DNA from: Candidatus Moraniibacteriota bacterium
Lineage (GTDB): Bacteria; Patescibacteriota; Minisyncoccia; Moranbacterales; GCA-2747515
Assembly: GCA_029938745.1 (NCBI GenBank)
Contig: JAOZUJ010000002.1
Coordinates: 1-41,822, forward strand
Reading direction: 5' to 3'
DNA length: 41,822 bases
Position numbers and translations under genes: made by a program. The notes beneath the pieces were generated by a model that worked only from the letters and a program-made list of their open reading frames with translations, was not told the origin of the DNA and searched no databases. Positions 38,501-41,822 of the stretch are shown here, piece after piece (within the stretch, counting starts at the first letter, position 1; the number at the start of each line of letters is the position of its first letter).

Positions 38501-41500
38501 TGAGTGTGCCTGTATTTACAGAAAATTCATTTGATCCTGAAAGACCTAGTAATGTTCCTGCTGTATACGTTGTATCATTATCCGTTGGTGTAACCCATTC
38601 AATACTTGAACCTGTTGATGAAAGAATTTGACCACTTGTGCCTATTGTTAGAGTATCTAAATTATCTGTTGCAGATGCAAATATTAGATCTCCTGTATTA
38701 TATGATGTAAGTCCTGTACCTCCGTATGCTGTATCTATTGTCGAACCATTCCATGTTCCTTTTGTTACTACTCCACCTTCATTTATTTGTAGATTTCCTC
38801 CAATGTCAAAGAAACTATCTGGTGCTGTACCTAGTCCAAATCTTCCTTGAGTGTCTACTATGAGAGTTGATGTGTAATCAAAGTTAATTGTTACATCTTT
38901 GAGGGTTGGAACTGATGAGCCATCTGTTGATGTAAGATATGCTTTGTATTGATACCACGTGTCTCCATCATGCGTTGCGTTTATGTTTTCTCCTACACTG
39001 GTTGTATAATAATCTCCTGTTCCTGTTGGACCATACCATGTTGCAGCTGTTAAACCTGCTTCAGTTGATGCAGAACGTATTTGAATTTGGATGTCTGTAT
39101 TTGTTGGAACAGTTTCTGTCCATTCTATTGTTGTGTAACTTGTTGCTGTTGAGTTTATTGGTTGAGAGGTAAAGTCTCCTGTTGGGACAAATGATACTCC
39201 GTTTTGGAAATAATGAATAGCACCAGCTCCATCGCCAACGGCAAGGTCAAGGTCACCATCATTGTCCATATCTGCAAAAGCTGGGGAAGCCGTACTGCCT
39301 ACATCACCAATCCAATCTGAACTAACGTGAGTCCAACTTGGAGATGTCGCATCTCCATCATTTCGAAAATATTCCACATATCCATCATAGCCACCAACAG
39401 CGAGATCTTGATCACCATCATTGTCAATATCTACAAATGCAGGTCTAGCCCTCTCGCCAACATCAACGCCTAACCAATTACTACTGATCAATGACCATGA
39501 CGGTGTAGTAGGAGTACCGTCATTGCGCCAGTATTCAACAAGGCCATTATTTTCACCTAGAGCAAGATCGTAATCACCATCATTATCAATATCTGTAGCT
39601 GCAATCCCTATTAATGTTCCCATATCAACTCCTAACCAATTTGAGCTTACAAGCGTCCAAATTGGCGAACCAATAGTCCCATCATTACGATAATATACTA
39701 CATATCCAGGACTATCTCCAGCAATAAGGTCAGGATCTCCATCATTATCCATATCTGCGAACTCTAGGGAGGCCATAAAAGTGGTTGGTTGTAATACTGA
39801 AGGATCCTCAAATGTCCATAGCGGAATTGCATCTGTCCCATCATTACGATAATAACCTATGTGCTGACTATAGCTAATGAACATATCATAATCACTATCA
39901 TTATCAATATCAATCATTTCTGGACCTGCCCAAGCACTTGTTACCACACCAGTCCAATTAGAACTAAGCTTTGTCCAATTAGGATCATTAGGGTCATCAC
40001 CAAGTGTAATTTCAGCAATTTCTCCATTGTATTGTACTATTGTATCTGATGTTGTTCCTGCATTAAAGTCTTCTTCTGTTGTATCAACTCTACTTGATGT
40101 ACTTGATGACGTGGCTTGAATGTCAAAATTTCCTGCTATTGAAAGACTTGAAGTTGGTGCATCTGTTCCTATTCCTACGTTACCTGTATCAAAATATATA
40201 TCTGATCCATCTTCTGTCCATGGAGTTACAACACTTGTATCTGAACATACCCAATCTGTACCATCCCATTGTGCAATTTCTCCATTTGCACATGCAAGAT
40301 CTTCAAGTGTATCTGTATTTGCTGATGCTGCAGCTAAATCTACATATTCTTTTGTTGTAAGAGATGCATTGCTTGTATTGATTTCTGTAATACTTAGTTC
40401 TGGTGCTAAAATTCTACCATCTGTATAAATTTCAAAAGCATTTGCTCTGTTATCATTATCTATGCCTATGCCTGTTTCGTGAATTGTGTCTGTGCTTGTT
40501 CCTATGTTATATAATCCTGTAGCGAGTGAGCCTTGATTTAAAGCAATTGTTCCTTCTCCCATGGCAACACTGTAATTACCCCTGCTAGCAGTATTGTATC
40601 CTGTTGCCAAACTATAAGTTCCTGTAGCTCCATCACCATAGGCATCGGGCCACACAAGCGCGCCTGCATTCACAGCATAGTTATCCATATCGATACTGCC
40701 ACTATTACCTGTGTTAGTCGTCCTAAGTATTGCACTCACTCTTACATCATCACTTACGTCACGAGAAAAAGTGCCAATTAAGATCCAATTAGACCCATTC
40801 CAATAGTATGCGGATGTAGTTCCACTCACTCTACTTATACGTATACGACGATTTGACCCAATTGTCGCAGCGCCATTTCCACTAGAACCAATTCCATCAT
40901 ATGAATATAAATAATAATGACCGTCAGAATGTATCCTAATTAAATTATAATGCCCACTATCATTATATATACGAAAATCTAACGAAGATCCCATTGGTGG
41001 TGGATTGCCATGATCTATTTGCACATCAAAATCTGATGAGCCACTCAAATAATATTGAGACATTATTCCTGCAGTATATCCCTGTCCAGTAACTTTATTT
41101 AATCTTAATTGATTACTTTGTATATCTGCAGTACTTGTTCCTGTAAATGTCCTATCCCATATTATTGGATTTGGTGCATCACCATCACTTCCTGTAAAGT
41201 CATCATCAACATTACTTGGATAATCATATGTTGTCCCCGAAGATAGATCTACAGCATTATTTCCGATATTTCCATAATTATCAGGATTCTGTCCAACTAA
41301 TCGCCATCCTGTATTTGGGCCTTCTGTAAGCTCTTCTAATCCTGTTGAGAGAAAATCCGATGGACTCGTATTACATTCCAATCCCGTACCTACAACATAT
41401 TTACAAAGAGCACCATCTGACAGAATCCCTTCACTGAGTGAGAATTCTGTACCCGTTAAACTCAAAAGTGTATTACCCGTTGCAACTGAATATGTTGTAT

Positions 41501-41822
41501 CATTATCAGTTCCAAATTCCAACCCATCACCAGCTGCATTTACTTTTACAAATTGATTTGCTGTGTAACTTCCTGGAGTATCTGTAAGTCCAAGGAAAGT
41601 TGTTGTGCCACTCCCAGGTGTTTCTGCCTGCCAACCATTAGTTGTATCGAAGGTTAAAACTTGTCCATCAGTTGGAGACATTGATGAATAAACATCAGAA
41701 AGGTCTGTGATTGATTCTCCTGATATTGTTGTGAGATAACCTTCTGCAGAATGATCTCCCCAATTAAATGCTGTATCCCAATTTGTTGAGTTATTTGTTG
41801 TATCACATACTAAACCTGAACC
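32559..41822 (-). CDS. Giant mosaic surface protein (more than 3087 aa, 5' end outside the window): FG-GAP, LamG-like and YadA-head-like modules with a Peptidase-S74-type C-terminal module
   Basis: The frame stays open upstream of the ATG at 41681 to the window edge. My translation there is ...GSGLVCDTTNNSTNWDTAFNWGDHSAEGYLTTISGESITDLSDVYSS-M..., which resembles internal motifs such as GLVCDTDP. DxDxDGDxDL motifs occur 5 times in each of two blocks. HS-S2717-DKRL-K2722...IGFIAQDVKEIIPEVV is the S74-type motif. Confidence 0.9.
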   Translation of the reverse strand, partial: GSGLVCDTTNNSTNWDTAFNWGDHSAEGYLTTISGESITDLSDVYSSMSPTDGQVLTFDTTNGWQAETPGSGTTTFLGLTDTPGSYTANQFVKVNAAGDGLEFGTDNDTTYSVATGNTLLSLTGTEFSLSEGILSDGALCKYVVGTGLECNTSPSDFLSTGLEELTEGPNTGWRLVGQNPDNYGNIGNNAVDLSSGTTYDYPSNVDDDFTGSDGDAPNPIIWDRTFTGTSTADIQSNQLRLNKVTGQGYTAGIMSQYYLSGSSDFDVQIDHGNPPPMGSSLDFRIYNDSGHYNLIRIHSDGHYYLYSYDGIGSSGNGAATIGSNRRIRISRVSGTTSAYYWNGSNWILIGTFSRDVSDDVRVSAILRTTNTGNSGSIDMDNYAVNAGALVWPDAYGDGATGTYSLATGYNTASRGNYSVAMGEGTIALNQGSLATGLYNIGTSTDTIHETGIGIDNDNRANAFEIYTDGRILAPELSITEINTSNASLTTKEYVDLAAASANTDTLEDLACANGEIAQWDGTDWVCSDTSVVTPWTEDGSDIYFDTGNVGIGTDAPTSSLSIAGNFDIQATSSSTSSRVDTTEEDFNAGTTSDTIVQYNGEIAEITLGDDPNDPNWTKLSSNWTGVVTSAWAGPEMIDIDNDSDYDMFISYSQHIGYYRNDGTDAIPLWTFEDPSVLQPTTFMASLEFADMDNDGDPDLIAGDSPGYVVYYRNDGTIGSPIWTLVSSNWLGVDMGTLIGIAATDIDNDGDYDLALGENNGLVEYWRNDGTPTTPSWSLISSNWLGVDVGERARPAFVDIDNDGDQDLAVGGYDGYVEYFRNDGDATSPSWTHVSSDWIGDVGSTASPAFADMDNDGDLDLAVGDGAGAIHYFQNGVSFVPTGDFTSQPINSTATSYTTIEWTETVPTNTDIQIQIRSASTEAGLTAATWYGPTGTGDYYTTSVGENINATHDGDTWYQYKAYLTSTDGSSVPTLKDVTINFDYTSTLIVDTQGRFGLGTAPDSFFDIGGNLQINEGGVVTKGTWNGSTIDTAYGGTGLTSYNTGDLIFASATDNLDTLTIGTSGQILSSTGSSIEWVTPTDNDTTYTAGTLLGLSGSNEFSVNTGTLTDGRICTYTTANGLVCDTDPTLLIATGLETLDEGSGTGWRLIGRNPLDYGNIGVNAVDFSYSSSASTTRGATGTYSFVEGYNNTASDYYTHAEGAGNIASGRASHAEGEATISSGQWGSHTEGYTTTASGASAHAEGSHTTASGNRSHAEGDHTTASGHYSHAEGLSSRATNESAHAEGRWTLASGYWGSHAEGFVTEASGQYGSHAEGYESTASGQSSHAEGAYTIAQNANQHSAGLYNLGTSSDTIHETGIGVDNANRANAFEIYTDGSILAPQFSIAEINSRGNTALTTKEYVDSVASGGVTTFLGLSDTPGSYTANQFVKVNAAGDGLEFGDDNDTLGDLTCANGNIAQWDGTSWECSDTSVVTPWTEDGSDIYFNTGNVGIGTDVPTSTLSIAGNFNINASANNTSSRTDTTDDDFNAGTTSDTNVQYTGKNAEIVLGGDPGNPDWNHESSDWLPVSVCAWNGQPAFSDIDNDGDYDLAVGDCTGRIEYFRNDGTASSPFWTHVSSDWLPVRVSPNGGGPNASPAFADMDNDGDYDLVVGSDQNRINYFRNDGTASSPSWTHASSDWVPVRANSMFPTLADIDNDGDYDLAVGNWDGYVDYFRNDGTASSPSWTHVSSNWLPVDVGLEAAPFFVDIDNDGDYDLAVGETTGVVYYFRNDGTASSPSWTHVSSDWLPVDVGHYAKPSLADVDNDGDIDIVVGGHNGGGQSSMYYFSNDISIKPSGDFTSQAINIPASAQTYTTVEWTETIPTNTDIEIQLRSAGTEAGLSTATWYGPTGTGDYYTTSAGENINSTHDGDDWYQYKVYFTSTDGSSVPILKDLSVNFTYSSILVVDSQGRFGLGTSTPSSLFDIAGNFKISESGYVTDGTWQGNIIDVAYGGTGLTSYNTGDLMYGNDGGTLSALPLGNVGYVLTAGDSGPGWDSSLYISPSSHKVGIGTVTPDYKLDVNGDGRFTDALTIGAYTLPNTDGTNGQILKTNGSGDLTWQTDSTGSVPTAIWDTDGDTGIQTEKNANEDIIRFDLGGTEYFTMDGPRLNVMNSGGSVFIGDHAGEADDFSDNRNVFIGYNAGERNTTGYWNVGIGSIALQDNLDGYANTASGYGALANNTDGNDNSAFGRMALVGNNSGINNTAMGSRAMMNGIDGDNNTAIGQYALAAGSTGSYNTVLGSFAGRNASGSANTLLGYDAGGNINTGSNNLIIGYDIDAQNAAGSNQLSMGNLIFGTGIDGTGTTVSSGNIGIGAVVPNERLQVAGAINLGTTTNSNTGSIRYNGTDFEGYNGTDWLSLTNNGTGGSLQIEWSFKDSTTSGDPGNGNFRLNNATVASVTEIYFSEESSNAEVSNILNSLKSGDQIYLQRLDDQNEAGLYLINSVTDNGSWVTMSVTNESSGTETSWTNNKKFGSVILFSSDSSTAVAGSTGAIQFNNGGDLGADDTNFFWDDANNRLGIGTSTPNAKLSIFGTDNKMRLSYDSSNYTDFSVNSAGELLISATSATESAMVIGSGVAQDTSIQFDGNAHDFFSGIDNATSSYTIGSGLNVTSSAVETGPGTVSFLIPITTNITGYNTKFTSTFSVGSTITVGGETRTIATIASDTFMTTTIGFSSSGGGTYTYIAGTKLTVEPSGNVGIGTTNPTERLEVYNGSTTGTYTTSGWVHSSDKRLKTHITPMESSLDKVLSLENIYFNWRANPNSNRQIGFIAQDVKEIIPEVVVGSEEYGYGISYGNITALLTGAIKEQNQLITTNSNNVSNLSLQTDTNINTLQQLQTSVDENLGDIENQFVDVAGQVNNLSLQVQKNDSNILTVQEKANVNANLINDIENRMIDIKTTHEELMSFFISINPDTLVYTDDQGDLTIEGVVNTVKLVAQEIETEKLTIAGGKNETIGVVSICPVNYVLVDSECVEDTSDENKNDGKSVFVKSDAISENTTIFTTFENNPGTTSWVEKSKDEDDEFDGFVINLEGTVEKAVKVNWWIVEKIANN
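37812..38231 (-). repeat. Ten tandem 14-15-aa (S/A)H(A/T)EG-x3-(A/S)SG repeats (YadA-head / Hep_Hag-like beta-roll)
   Basis: Residues 1151-1290 of the giant ORF read HAEGAGNIASGRAS HAEGEATISSGQWGS HTEGYTTTASGASA HAEGSHTTASGNRS HAEGDHTTASGHYS and so on. The first H codon was verified at 38229-38231. Confidence 0.7.

Noticed and set aside
35787-41495. A diversity-generating retroelement (template/variable repeat pair) as the explanation for the internal repeats of the giant gene.
   Set aside because: No reverse transcriptase or accessory gene is in the window. The mismatches I could align between the copies (e.g. around 37423-37432 versus 40249-40258) involve several base types and are not adenine-specific. 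The repeat unit is kilobases long, not about 100 nt.
12381-41822. A prophage or tailocin remnant, suggested by the tail-fibre-like S74 proteins.
   Set aside because: The window has no capsid, portal, terminase, tail tube/sheath, baseplate, integrase or lysis genes. The fibre-like genes are separated by housekeeping genes (rpmG-rpmB, malic enzyme, ABC transporters). The flanks outside the window still need checking.
1-41822. An alternative genetic code (UGA as Gly or Trp, as in Gracilibacteria/SR1 or Mollicutes).
   Set aside because: Very long ORFs are uninterrupted under the standard code, and TGA is used as a stop at tightly coupled junctions (e.g. 5066-5068 and 6757-6759).

Overview
AT-rich bacterial window (roughly one-third G+C by eye, not computed). 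It uses the standard genetic code: TGA is a stop, e.g. at 5066-5068. Nearly all genes lie on the minus strand in tight operons, several with ATGA start/stop overlaps. The gene content looks like a small-genome Patescibacteria/CPR-type organism, but that taxonomic call is inference only. From left to right: (1) a tRNA-His/Arg/Lys cluster. (2) An envelope-glycan operon: rmuC, a small membrane protein, a processive GT2 synthase, a WecA/MraY-family GT4 phosphotransferase, DUF192, and a 1011-aa Wzy_C-like/TPR/LytR_C fusion. (3) A wHTH protein divergent from a membrane protein with a degenerate PP2C-like domain. (4) An isolated fabZ. (5) A 1299-aa tail-fibre-like secreted protein with a Peptidase-S74-type self-cleaving chaperone motif. 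(6) Two consecutive HlyD-adaptor + MacB/FtsX-type ABC exporter operons. (7) A malic enzyme, a membrane-anchored thioredoxin-like protein, a 12% Met lipoprotein and a VIT1/CCC1 transporter. (8) rpmG-rpmB; rpmG is absent from the ORF track. (9) A ~1487-aa tri-modular DUF285/BspA-repeat protein. (10) A giant ORF of more than 3087 aa that is still open at the right window edge. It carries FG-GAP, LamG-like and YadA-head-like modules and the same S74-type C-terminal module as the 1299-aa protein. The most interesting signal is this non-prophage island of fibre/adhesin giants and exporters at 12.4-41.8 kb. All domain calls come from motif recognition by eye; no searches were run.
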